Assembly (NCBI GenBank): GCA_019358915.1
Contig: JAHHIM010000001.1
Coordinates: forward strand, 224,001 to 288,000
DNA: 64,000 bases
Direction of reading: 5' to 3'
Origin: Trichormus sp. ATA11-4-KO1
GTDB lineage: Bacteria; Cyanobacteriota; Cyanobacteriia; Cyanobacteriales; Nostocaceae
Shown: one piece after another, positions 1 to 8,910 of the stretch
Layout of the letters: each line of letters opens with the position of its first letter
How positions within the stretch are numbered: the first letter of the stretch is position 1
Translations under genes and position numbers: made by a program
The notes under the pieces: model-generated
What the model was told of the DNA's origin: nothing
Databases searched by the model: none
Seen by the model: the letters and a program-made list of their open reading frames with translations, nothing else

Positions 1-703
1 CTTTGTCAATACGACCATCAAAGATAACTAATTCCTTAGTTAACTGGCGTGTTAATCTTGCTAGTACATTACTAACGTCAAATGCTGCTAGCAATGCTGG
101 CGGTATTGGTCTTGTTTTAGCACAGTCCGCAAAATCTTGATGGATTTGATCCAAATCGTCCTCTCTAATAACTAGTACTGTTGCACTATCGTCGCGTAAT
201 TCTGGCCGTACCATGATAGCTTTCTCAACAGCTTTTATTCTATGTTGACCATCGGTAACATAAAGCTCCACATTTGTAGGAACGACTGCATATCCAAACT
301 TAACTGCCCCTGCTCCAAAAGCAAACACTCTAATTGGTGTAGTGGAATTGAAAATAAATGGGGGAAGAATATAGTTGTCTGTCTCCAATAAATACTTGGC
401 TATCTCATCGACATGCTGTTGAATCAGAGGTCGGTTGATGAACTCTTCTGCACTAGATTTATTATTCTTTGGATGAGCGCTATTCAATCTTGCCATTTCT
501 AAGAGAAGATTAAAAGGCAAGGAGAATGTAAGATGAGTTCTTCCACCTTGCTCATAAACATGGCAGAGAAAAACTCTAGCACCTGAAGTAGCAGCATCTG
601 AAAAAGCTTGTGTTTGTGCATCTACTTGTGTAGCCAACAATACTACGTCAGCACCAGATTGCTTACCGTTTTGGGTGCTGCTAAGATTTAGTGTTAAAGT
701 CAT
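1..703 (-). CDS. DGQHR-domain / DndB-family protein (runs off the window edge; absent from ORF track)
   Basis: Manual translation from ATG at 703: MTLTLNLSS...INRPLIQQHVDEIAKYLLETDNYILPPFIFN...LYVTDGQHRIKAVEKAI...DQIHQDFADCAKTRPIP; the DGQHR motif lies at about 239-253 and the frame is open to position 1. Confidence 0.88.
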   Translation of the reverse strand, partial: MTLTLNLSSTQNGKQSGADVVLLATQVDAQTQAFSDAATSGARVFLCHVYEQGGRTHLTFSLPFNLLLEMARLNSAHPKNNKSSAEEFINRPLIQQHVDEIAKYLLETDNYILPPFIFNSTTPIRVFAFGAGAVKFGYAVVPTNVELYVTDGQHRIKAVEKAIMVRPELRDDSATVLVIREDDLDQIHQDFADCAKTRPIPPALLAAFDVSNVLARLTRQLTKELVIFDGRIDK

Positions 704-837
704 TGAGTTAGATTACCTTCTAGCGATTAGTTTTTAGCAGTGGGTAATACTTGAAAATAGACAGCTTGATTTGAGTAATGCGACACTCATTTGCCCATTG
801 ATATCGCATACACTCACTCAAGCTATTCCAGATACAG

Positions 838-868
838 AAGCAGGCATAATGTTATGGCTGCTTTTTTT
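838..868 (+). terminator. Intrinsic-terminator-like hairpin, antisense to the DGQHR leader
   Basis: AAGCAG-G-CATAA-tg-TTATG-G-CTGCTT followed by a T7 run on the + strand. Confidence 0.5.
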
Positions 869-1228
869 CTTACCCGTATTAGTACGGTAATACTTAAAAT
901 TGCATTTTGTCAACTAGCAGTACAAAAAAAGACTGATAATCAGATTTTGCAGCCTACTAACAAGCTGATGAATACAATTAAACACTTTTTTAGGGCTTTA
1001 TGTAACATATTTATGTTTTTGTACACAAGATAGCAGGTTTTATATAATACAATATTCATCTAAGGCAAGCGCAGTTACACTTGGGTATTATATTCGTCAA
1101 TAGCTTGAATTGCCCTTGAGTACATGGAGCCAGATATTGTCATGACTTCTTGAAGATGTTTTAAGCTACTTATCGCATCAAGCAGATAGAATTGTATATC
1201 CAGCCTTAATATTCAATGAAAGCTTCCT

Positions 1229-1690
1229 TCAAGACAGAAATCTTCTAAGATCAAACTCTACTTCTGACTTTTTTGGTTGGTCTTTCTCTAAATTAAGTAT
1301 CAATAATAGACGTTCTGAATAGTCTACTGCTCCACGCAGTTCACTTTGGATAATTTCTAACCCGGCATTAGCATACTCTTCAAAAATATGAATGCGTTGC
1401 TCGTCAGCTATATCCTCTTCATTAAGAATCTTAATGTCTTTGGTTTCGGTGATAGCCAACAAATTAATTAATAAAGTGAAACTGCTAGTAAAATAATCTT
1501 GTCGAAGTGGGGATAAATCTTTAGAAATTACGTCTAAAGGAACGCGCTTTTTATGTTTAACGCCTAAAGCTGCTGCAAACACCATAACTTCTACATAAGT
1601 TTGAAAAGGCCCAGTTGTGTCTTTTGATGCGACTAAAGATTTCACCAACTCAGCCTTATCTTTAGCAACCCTGATTCTATTTGCAGCCAT
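1229..1690 (-). CDS. DNA phosphorothioation-associated protein 4
   Basis: N-terminus MAANRIRVAKDKAELVKSL...GPFQTYVEVMVFAAALG and IFEEYANAGLE are typical of the cyanobacterial dnd-associated protein 4 family; adjacent to a DGQHR gene. Confidence 0.85.
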   Translation of the reverse strand: MAANRIRVAKDKAELVKSLVASKDTTGPFQTYVEVMVFAAALGVKHKKRVPLDVISKDLSPLRQDYFTSSFTLLINLLAITETKDIKILNEEDIADEQRIHIFEEYANAGLEIIQSELRGAVDYSERLLLILNLEKDQPKKSEVEFDLRRFLS

Positions 1691-1784
1691 TGTTTTAATA
1701 TCTAACGTGTTGCTATTTTAATCGAAAGTTAGAAGCGATCGCACTTAATAACCACATTATTTTATACTAGTATGTGGGCGATCG

Positions 1785-1946
1785 CTAAACAAACCAATTA
1801 TCCACTAACATAGTCCATCCTGGCACTGCGGGTTCAGCTTCAGCCAAATCATCACGGCTATACACTTGCGGTTCTTCAGGATTACTAGCGCGACATACTC
1901 TAATAACTTCTTCTTTGAGTACATCCACATCCCCAGCTACCAACAT
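1785..1946 (-). pseudogene. C-terminal remnant of a Uma2-family endonuclease
   Basis: Manual translation MLVAGDVDVLKEEVIRVCRASNPEEPQVYSRDDLAEAEPAVPGWTMLVDNWFV resembles a Uma2 C-terminus; the N-terminal two-thirds is missing. Confidence 0.6.
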
Positions 1947-2041
1947 AATTACAAATGTGTTTCCACATAAGTAATTTTTGTAGTCATACTTACTTTAGTT
2001 TCTCTCCTGGAATCAAAGTATTCATCAATCTATAGGTTTAG

Positions 2042-2212
2042 ATTGAAATTAAAAGTGTCGGTACAATGAAGCCAGACCAAACCAAAGCGATGAGTCAGGA
2101 CTTTTGCCAACAAATTAATCAAAGTTTGGGTGTACCTGAAAATCGGATTTATATAGAATTTGCGGATTCCCAGGGTTCAATGTGGGGTTGGAATGCTTCA
2201 ACCTTTGGTTAA
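2042..2212 (+). pseudogene. C-terminal remnant of a MIF/phenylpyruvate tautomerase-family protein
   Basis: IEIKSVGTMKPDQTKAMSQDFCQQINQSLGVPENRIYIEFADSQGSMWGWNASTFG*; an in-frame TAG lies immediately upstream and the N-terminal MP start is absent. Confidence 0.75.
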
Positions 2213-2330
2213 TTGATGTGAATTTTTACATCGCACTCTGCAAAATTTGAGCAAGCGATCGCCAGATAATCACGACCAAGTTAATCTGAAAGTTGTAGCA
2301 TAGAGATCCAGCATCAACTATTGATTTCTT

Positions 2331-3398
2331 ATGTCTGCTACGCCTCTTGTTTCTGGTCTTGACTTACCCATTCCAAGAAAAACACAACTAATTCCTCCCT
2401 TGTTAGGTGCTTCGGTTACCGATTTAAGCGCTTGGGTACAACAGCAAGGACAACCTGCATATAGAGGTAAGCAGCTGCATGAGTGGATTTATCAAAAGGG
2501 AGTGCGATCGCTTGCGGATATCTCTGTGTTTCCTAAACAATGGCGTGCAGAAGTTGCGGAAATCCCCATTGGCCGCTCAACTATACATCACCGTGCTGTT
2601 GCACCTGATGGCACAATTAAGTATCTCCTGCGACTTGCAGATAGTCAAATCATTGAAACCGTGGGCATTCCCACAGAAAAACGCCTGACAGTTTGCGTCT
2701 CTACTCAGGTGGGTTGCCCAATGGCGTGTGATTTCTGCGCTACTGGTAAGGGTGGTTACACGCGCAATCTAGACAGACATGAAATTGTTGATCAAGTATT
2801 GACTGTACAAGAAGATTTTCAGCAACGCGTCAGCCATGTGGTGTTTATGGGTATGGGTGAACCGTTATTGAATACTGAGAATGTCTTGGCATCTTTGAAA
2901 TCGCTGAATCAAGATGTCGGTATTGGACAGCGATCGCTGACTGTTTCTACAGTCGGGATTCGCGATCGCATCCGTCAGTTTGCCCAACACCATCTGCAAG
3001 TCACTCTGGCTGTAAGTCTCCACGCACCTAACCAAGCACTGCGCGAAAAACTTATTCCCAGCGCCCGCCCTTATCCTCTAGAAGATTTACTTACAGAATG
3101 TCGGGAATACGTAGAAATCACGGGACGGCGCGTTACTTTTGAATACGTCCTGCTAGCTGGGTTCAATGATTTGCCAGAACACGCTTGGGAACTGGCAAAA
3201 TGTCTGCGGGGATTTCAAAGTCATGTGAATTTGATTCCCTACAACCCCATCCAAGAAGTTGACTACAAGCGCCCCAACCGCGATCGCATTCAAGCTTTTG
3301 TCAATGTGCTGAAACAACAACAAATAGCTGTTAGTGTCCGCTATTCTCGTGGTTTAGAAGCTGATGCCGCTTGTGGACAACTACGTGCAAGTAAATAA
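2331..3398 (+). CDS. rlmN: 23S rRNA (adenine-C2) methyltransferase RlmN
   Basis: Radical SAM motif CxxxCxxC (GCPMACDFC), MGMGEP and C-terminal AACGQL. Confidence 0.95.
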   Translation: MSATPLVSGLDLPIPRKTQLIPPLLGASVTDLSAWVQQQGQPAYRGKQLHEWIYQKGVRSLADISVFPKQWRAEVAEIPIGRSTIHHRAVAPDGTIKYLLRLADSQIIETVGIPTEKRLTVCVSTQVGCPMACDFCATGKGGYTRNLDRHEIVDQVLTVQEDFQQRVSHVVFMGMGEPLLNTENVLASLKSLNQDVGIGQRSLTVSTVGIRDRIRQFAQHHLQVTLAVSLHAPNQALREKLIPSARPYPLEDLLTECREYVEITGRRVTFEYVLLAGFNDLPEHAWELAKCLRGFQSHVNLIPYNPIQEVDYKRPNRDRIQAFVNVLKQQQIAVSVRYSRGLEADAACGQLRASK

Positions 3399-3400
3399 AA

Positions 3401-3431
3401 GTGCTGAGTGCTGAGTGCTGAGTGCTGAGTG
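3401..3431. repeat. STRR-type heptamer tandem repeat (GTGCTGA)x4
   Basis: Seen directly after the rlmN stop; the same heptamer occurs at about 12500, 14910, 27285, 51165, 55220 and 59040. Confidence 0.9.
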
Positions 3432-3502
3432 AGGAGTAAAAAGTACGGAGGATTACGTTTCTTTCGCTCTTCTCGCAGGTGCGCCTCCGTTGGAGACTCA
3501 CG

Positions 3503-3712
3503 TTACTTAATATCTGCACTTAATTGTTGTCTTAAATTTACATGAATGCCTGGAGCATAAGCCTCAATCACTTTGCCTGTCCGAGTGCAATTGATCATCA
3601 AGTAATCACAAGTTGGGCATTGTGTCCGAGTTAATTGACTATCAGAAATATAATGACGTTCTGCTTCACTGCCACAGTTTGGGCAGTGAATTTTTTGTAC
3701 TATATTATTCAT
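3503..3712 (-). CDS. Small zinc-ribbon protein (cyanobacterial hypothetical)
   Basis: CPNCG...CPTCDY, two CxxC pairs in 69 aa, with an upstream GGGG RBS-like sequence. Confidence 0.75.
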   Translation of the reverse strand: MNNIVQKIHCPNCGSEAERHYISDSQLTRTQCPTCDYLMINCTRTGKVIEAYAPGIHVNLRQQLSADIK

Positions 3713-4108
3713 GTTAAAACCCCTGGTTGTAAATATTTATTATTTGACAAAACTACAAATTTAATCAGCAAAAATTTTGGTTTGGTTTAAGTTAACAAAC
3801 AGCCTGAATGTTGATTGAATATTTTAAACAAAATTTTAGATTTGACTTTTTTCATTTTTCATTCTTATTATCTTACATATTTCAGTGGTTTTACCATCTT
3901 ACTTTAGATATATAAATTAATTTTTTCAGTTGGCATTGCTTAGAGATTGAGTGATCCCGATTATTAATGCCTTGAGAGAGGCTGATTTTCAGTGATTTCA
4001 GGTAATTGAAAAACATCTGTTATTTTATTCAAAAATTAAAAGCCATAAAATACTGTATAGTGAGTCACAAAATATTAGACTTAAGATTTAGTTAATATTT
4101 CCTAAACA

Positions 4109-4141
4109 AGATCCCCGACTTTTTTGAGAAGTCGGGGATCT
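4109..4141. repeat. Palindromic repeat / hairpin downstream of uvrC
   Basis: AGATCCCCGACTT-N7-AAGTCGGGGATCT, perfect 13-bp arms. Confidence 0.8.
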
Positions 4142-4163
4142 AAAAAGAAACGTTTCACCGGAG

Positions 4164-4294
4164 TAAGTAGGTGGGTGGGAAAATTTATCGCTAGGATAAG
4201 GCAGAAGGCAGAAGGCAGGAGGCAGAAGGGAAGAGGGTTTTAAGCTGATTCATTTTTCTTTACATAGTTGATTTTATTTGTGCCTACCTACTTA
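4164..4294. mobile_element. MITE-like element with TA-bounded terminal inverted repeats
   Basis: Left TAAGTAGGTGGG and right CCTACCTACTTA (11/12 inverted match); a related copy lies at 14684-14848. Confidence 0.65.
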
Positions 4295-4300
4295 ATTTCT

Positions 4301-6199
4301 TCAAGCAGGATGAAAATAATCATAAATTTCTTGGGCTAACCTTGGCCCAATTCCCGGAACTTCAGCGAGTTGTGTCGGTGTTGCTTGCCGAATATAATCA
4401 ACAGAGCGAAAATGCCCCAAAAGCTGCTTTTGACGATGGTGTCCTAAGCCAGGAATTTCATCTAAACGCGATCGCTTCAATTTATCACTACGTTGCTGAC
4501 GATGAAAACTCACCGCAAATCGATGTGCTTCATCCCGCAATCGCCTCAATAACTGTACCCCCGGTTGTTCTGCATCAGTTTCTAAGGGTTGAGATTCTCC
4601 CGGTAAAAAAATCTCTTCTCGCCGCTTCGCCAAACTGATAACTCGCAAGTCTTCTAATAAATTCATTTCTTGCAAAACAGCGACAACTGATGATAATTGA
4701 CCTTTACCGCCATCAATCATAATTAAGTCCGGCCAGTCAGGATTCCCCACCCTTGGTAGCTGTGGATCTTCCCCATACTTGCGAAACCGCCGTTGGATGA
4801 CTTCAGCTAAACTAGCAAAATCGTCTGAGTGTCCGGCTGTGACTGTGGGATTTTTGATTTTGTAATGGCGATAGTGCTGCTTACCAGGTAACCCATCGAT
4901 AAATACCACTTGGGAAGCTACAGCATTTGACCCCTGAATGTGAGAAATATCATAACCTTCGATGCGGTGGGGTAAATCTGGTAAGTCGAGAATGGCGGCT
5001 AAATCTTGCATTGCTTGGTGATTGCGTTGGCGTAGCCCGTCGGAGACATCGCCTAATTTTTGCATTCTTTGCAATTCATACTGGGCATTTCGCTCTACCA
5101 TCTCAATTAATTCTGCCTTGGTTTGGCGCTGGGGAGTTAAAATTGTCACTTTTTTGCCCTTGCGCTGAGTTAAAACATCCGCCAATATATCTGCATCTGG
5201 TAAATCATGCTGGACTAAAATTTCTGTGGGAATTTCCACCGCATCAGCAGTTTGGTAATGTTCTTCTAAAACTCGTTGTAAAATAGCTCCAGGTTCAGCG
5301 TGACTATCCGCAATAAACGCCAAGCGTCCCACCAATTGCCCAGCGCGAATCTGAAATAATTGCATACAGGCGCGTTGTTCATCAGCTGCCAGCGCCAAAG
5401 CATCCCGTGAAACTGTATCATCTGGTAAGGAAACTTTTTGGTCAGCAGTCAGCGACTTTAACCCGGCTATCTGATCACGAATCCGCGCCGCCGACTCAAA
5501 GTTTAACGCCTCGGCTGCTGTTTGCATTTGTGCTGTGAGGATATCAATCAGTTCCTGAGTCCGTCCCTGGAATACCATCGCCACCTTTTGCACAGTTTTG
5601 CGGTATTCTTCAGGTGAAATCAACTGTTGACACACACCTGGACAGTGCCCTAAGTCATAATTCAAACAAGGACGGTCTTTGAATAGTGGTTGAGGTCGTT
5701 GGCGCAATGCAAAGATGCGTTTAGATATGCGTAATATTTCTCGCAACAGTCCCGCGTCTGTATAAGGCCCGTAAAATTTATCTTTTTCTTTACCTAGTTG
5801 GCGTTTGCGGGTAATAAAAATCCGGGGATAGTCTTCTGACCAAGTGATACAGACATAAGGATATTTTTTATCATCTTTGAGCAGCACGTTAAAGTAGGGC
5901 TGATGCTGCTTGATTAAGTTGGCTTCCAGCGCCAAAGCTTCAGCTTCAGTATCAGTGACGATGAATTCAATTTCTGTCACCTGCTTGGCCATTGTGGCTA
6001 TGCGATCGCTTTTGTTGTACCCATCCCGAAAATAAGAACGGACACGCGATCGCAATTTTCGAGACTTGCCTATATATATAATTTGATCGTTCCCGTCCCG
6101 CATGAAGTAAACTCCCGGTTCTGGCGGAATTTCAGCTAGACGGGTTGACAGACGCTCTGGATCTTTCACCAGTGGTAGTATTTGAGCAGATATTGTCAC
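4301..6199 (-). CDS. uvrC: Excinuclease ABC subunit C
   Basis: N-terminal GIY-YIG (PGVYFM...YIGKS), UVR domain, RNase H-like RIEGYDISH / IDGGKGQL, and C-terminal HhH motifs. Confidence 0.97.
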   Translation of the reverse strand: MTISAQILPLVKDPERLSTRLAEIPPEPGVYFMRDGNDQIIYIGKSRKLRSRVRSYFRDGYNKSDRIATMAKQVTEIEFIVTDTEAEALALEANLIKQHQPYFNVLLKDDKKYPYVCITWSEDYPRIFITRKRQLGKEKDKFYGPYTDAGLLREILRISKRIFALRQRPQPLFKDRPCLNYDLGHCPGVCQQLISPEEYRKTVQKVAMVFQGRTQELIDILTAQMQTAAEALNFESAARIRDQIAGLKSLTADQKVSLPDDTVSRDALALAADEQRACMQLFQIRAGQLVGRLAFIADSHAEPGAILQRVLEEHYQTADAVEIPTEILVQHDLPDADILADVLTQRKGKKVTILTPQRQTKAELIEMVERNAQYELQRMQKLGDVSDGLRQRNHQAMQDLAAILDLPDLPHRIEGYDISHIQGSNAVASQVVFIDGLPGKQHYRHYKIKNPTVTAGHSDDFASLAEVIQRRFRKYGEDPQLPRVGNPDWPDLIMIDGGKGQLSSVVAVLQEMNLLEDLRVISLAKRREEIFLPGESQPLETDAEQPGVQLLRRLRDEAHRFAVSFHRQQRSDKLKRSRLDEIPGLGHHRQKQLLGHFRSVDYIRQATPTQLAEVPGIGPRLAQEIYDYFHPA

Positions 6200-6698
6200 A
6201 ACTTAACTTAGGTAATTCTACAAATTTACCTATCCTTATTTTAAGAAAAATATAGTTTTTGTGTTGATTTTACAGGTTATTTATCAAGTAAAAATGAAGT
6301 ACACCTTTTCTGAAGGTGATATCTATACTTTAGTTTCTGACAATGAATGTGGCTATTAGATTTTGTAAAATTACCTACGTGTATCTGGTGATTTTTAGAA
6401 AAAATTAGCCATATTTTTAGAAATATTGGGATTTATTTGCATTCTTAATTCTACAAAATTTCTTATTAGTAAAATTTTGATATATTAACCTAAAGATTAA
6501 TTTTGTTATCATGCTAAAACTAGCTCTATATATCACTTAAAGAATTAAACAAAATTTTGATTAGTTTTATCTTTATAAGCAATAATCCTGATTATTGCTT
6601 AAATTCTCATATTAGGCGAATTAACGGTTTTAGTAAATCAAATCTACGATTATGATAAAAAGTACACCCAACAGAATAATGACGATAAGAGTAAACTA

Positions 6699-6878
6699 AT
6701 GGATATTCAAGATTTTGAATCTAATTACCGTGAGGCTATGGCTGAAGCGCTTAATGAATTGCAAACAGCAGTTTTAATGCTAGCCCAAGTGCAACGCAAG
6801 ATTTATGAAATTGGTAGTTCTATGCAAAATATGAATGACAAAGTTGAAGTTTTTATTAGTGAAAAAAACGATGAATAG
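6699..6878 (+). CDS. Small hypothetical coiled-coil protein (59 aa, absent from ORF track)
   Basis: MDIQDFESNYREAMAEALNELQTAVLMLAQVQRKIYEIGSSMQNMNDKVEVFISEKNDE; AAGAG lies upstream and the sequence has an amphipathic heptad pattern. Confidence 0.65.
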   Translation: MDIQDFESNYREAMAEALNELQTAVLMLAQVQRKIYEIGSSMQNMNDKVEVFISEKNDE

Positions 6879-6899
6879 ATGTCGGATAATGAGAAATAT

Positions 6900-7325
6900 T
6901 TAAATATAGCGATTATAGGCTAACTCTTTTTCAATTGTCAGGATTAAAGCATTGAGATTTACAGGTTTGACAAAATAGTGGCTAGCACCTAAATTCATAG
7001 CCCGTTCTTGATCGGATTTAAACGCAAAGGCGGAAACTACAATGATAGGTATTTTTGATAAACCTGGTGTTTGTTGAATTTGTTCTAGTAGTGAGTAACC
7101 GTCAATATCTGGTAATTTTAAATCTAATAACATTAACTTTGGTTGGAACTTTTCTATTGTTGATAAAAGAGTATTACCATTTGATAAACTTTGGACAATA
7201 TAGCCACAGTAGCTTAGATAGTCACTTAGCAACATTCTATTGGCATCATTATCTTCGATTAATAAAACTCGTTTTAATTTATGCAAATCTAATTGATGAT
7301 TTTTAGTGAGTAAGTGTGCTGTCAT
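6900..7325 (-). CDS. Single-domain response regulator (DivK/CheY-like)
   Basis: VLLIED, LLDLKLPDIDG (phospho-Asp), VSAFA and YFVKP. Confidence 0.9.
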   Translation of the reverse strand: MTAHLLTKNHQLDLHKLKRVLLIEDNDANRMLLSDYLSYCGYIVQSLSNGNTLLSTIEKFQPKLMLLDLKLPDIDGYSLLEQIQQTPGLSKIPIIVVSAFAFKSDQERAMNLGASHYFVKPVNLNALILTIEKELAYNRYI

Positions 7326-7656
7326 TTTTACTTCTCATCTTAAGTCAAAAAACAATAATTCTGGGAAATAATTCAACAATAATTAAATTGATAGACAATT
7401 AGCTTATACGATATGACCACAAAAATTAATAAATTAAATTTGTCTATAATTTAATCACATCTCTATTATTATCTGAATTTCCAAAAATAAGCAAACTTTA
7501 AGATTTGCTTTAATTATTGATTTTTTCATTGATGGCAAAAAATATTATTTTCCTAAAAATTGCATTTGCCATTTCTCAAGGTAAACAAAGCTGAATTTTG
7601 CAGAGCATAGGAGTGCTGAACATAATAATATTACAGTAGAAAGATTAAGATTTCGT

Positions 7657-7682
7657 AAAAAAAAGGAGCATGTAGCTCCTTT
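7657..7682 (-). terminator. Intrinsic terminator of the PEP-CTERM gene
   Basis: AAAGGAGC-atgta-GCTCCTTT stem with an A-run on + (U-run on -). Confidence 0.7.
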
Positions 7683-7710
7683 AGTTCTTATTTGGTATTT
7701 AAACGCAGCC

Positions 7711-8592
7711 TCAACCAGATACTTTTTTTACTTGGCGTTGAGCAGCAAAAATGCCAGCAAAACCCAGCAGTCCTAAGATTATTGAAGGTTCTGGGACTGA
7801 GGTTGGTGGTACACCTTGGATGTAAACTTCATAATTGCCACTATGTGATACAGCATCACTTTTTTCAGTTAAACCTGAATTTGTAGCTTGAAAACTGAAC
7901 AGGTAGTCTGTTTTGCCTTCATAGGTGTACTTGACGATTTCGCTAGCTTGTATGACGCGACCAGCCAATAGTGGACTGAGATCATTAGGTACAACACCTA
8001 GCAACAGATTGCTAGCATCAAAGTGACCTGCTAACCCAATGCTAATTAAACCACTAGTGTCATCTTGATTGACATAGGAGATATTGGGGTCGCTAAACCG
8101 TTGAAAACCTCCATTACTGACAAAAGTGGTAAACAAACCCTGACCAATGGTTGTCCCGACTAAACTACCAAAACCATTGGCAGATAAAGCTTGATTAAAC
8201 CAATACTGACCAAAGGTTGTTCCTTGGTAGGAACCAGTCCAGTCATCCAAGGTCAAACTACTGAGGGTAAGATTCCTACCACTAATTGTCCCTGCCAAAG
8301 TAGTATTTTTGGTGAAATCAAAACCGAGGGCTTCGCTGCTAGCCCTCAATTCTATGTTGCCCGTGGGACTTGCAGCGTTACCATCTAAAACTCTTTGAAT
8401 ATCATTGGCTGTGGGATTTTCTACCTTAAAAGTTTGAGTACTATTGGAATCATAGACATAAAAATCTTGTGATGCGCTGCCGCCAATATTAGCGCCAGTG
8501 AGGCTTCCGGCTTGAGCTGGGACAGTGGCGATCGCGCTCACACCAACAGCCATTGCAGTGCCAATTATCAGGGTTTGAAAAATCTTTTTCAT
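7711..8592 (-). CDS. PEP-CTERM sorting-domain secreted protein
   Basis: Signal peptide MKKIFQ...PAQA and C-terminal VPEPSIILGLLGFAGIFAAQRQVKK; start chosen at the ATG with a GGAG RBS. Confidence 0.9.
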   Translation of the reverse strand: MKKIFQTLIIGTAMAVGVSAIATVPAQAGSLTGANIGGSASQDFYVYDSNSTQTFKVENPTANDIQRVLDGNAASPTGNIELRASSEALGFDFTKNTTLAGTISGRNLTLSSLTLDDWTGSYQGTTFGQYWFNQALSANGFGSLVGTTIGQGLFTTFVSNGGFQRFSDPNISYVNQDDTSGLISIGLAGHFDASNLLLGVVPNDLSPLLAGRVIQASEIVKYTYEGKTDYLFSFQATNSGLTEKSDAVSHSGNYEVYIQGVPPTSVPEPSIILGLLGFAGIFAAQRQVKKVSG

Positions 8593-8910
8593 CAACAAGT
8601 CTCCATCGGGTTTCAAGTATGGCTTTATACTGCTGCTGATAAATTTGGGTTGGCTTAACTACAAGCTTGAGCTTTTCAACAATACTGCTGCTTGAAGACA
8701 CAACCGTAATTAGTAGCCATATTTAGTAGCTGAGCATACAAACACCAGTCTACGAAACCGGGAGTCTTAATTGGGTAAAGCTACTGTAGATTATCTGTAA
8801 AATTATTACAAGTTTTTTTTTCTAAATTACTACGTTTTATTACTTAGAGAGTTCGGCTATAACTGGAGTAAAAGTTAATTTAAAACTTGTACCCTGGGAG
8901 AATCGATTAA

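Noticed and set aside
791..1033. 80-aa ORF on + in the ORF track
   Set aside because: It has a TTG start, no RBS and no recognisable motif, and it overlaps the hairpin/terminator block; more likely non-coding
1074..1210. Open frame on - (LDIQFYLLDAISSLKHLQEVMTISGSMYSRAIQAIDEYNTQV)
   Set aside because: No clear start or recognisable family; I cannot distinguish a remnant from chance
8620..8800. Possible riboswitch in the long leader of the PEP-CTERM gene
   Set aside because: I could not find c-di-AMP or c-di-GMP riboswitch consensus elements by eye; an Rfam scan is needed
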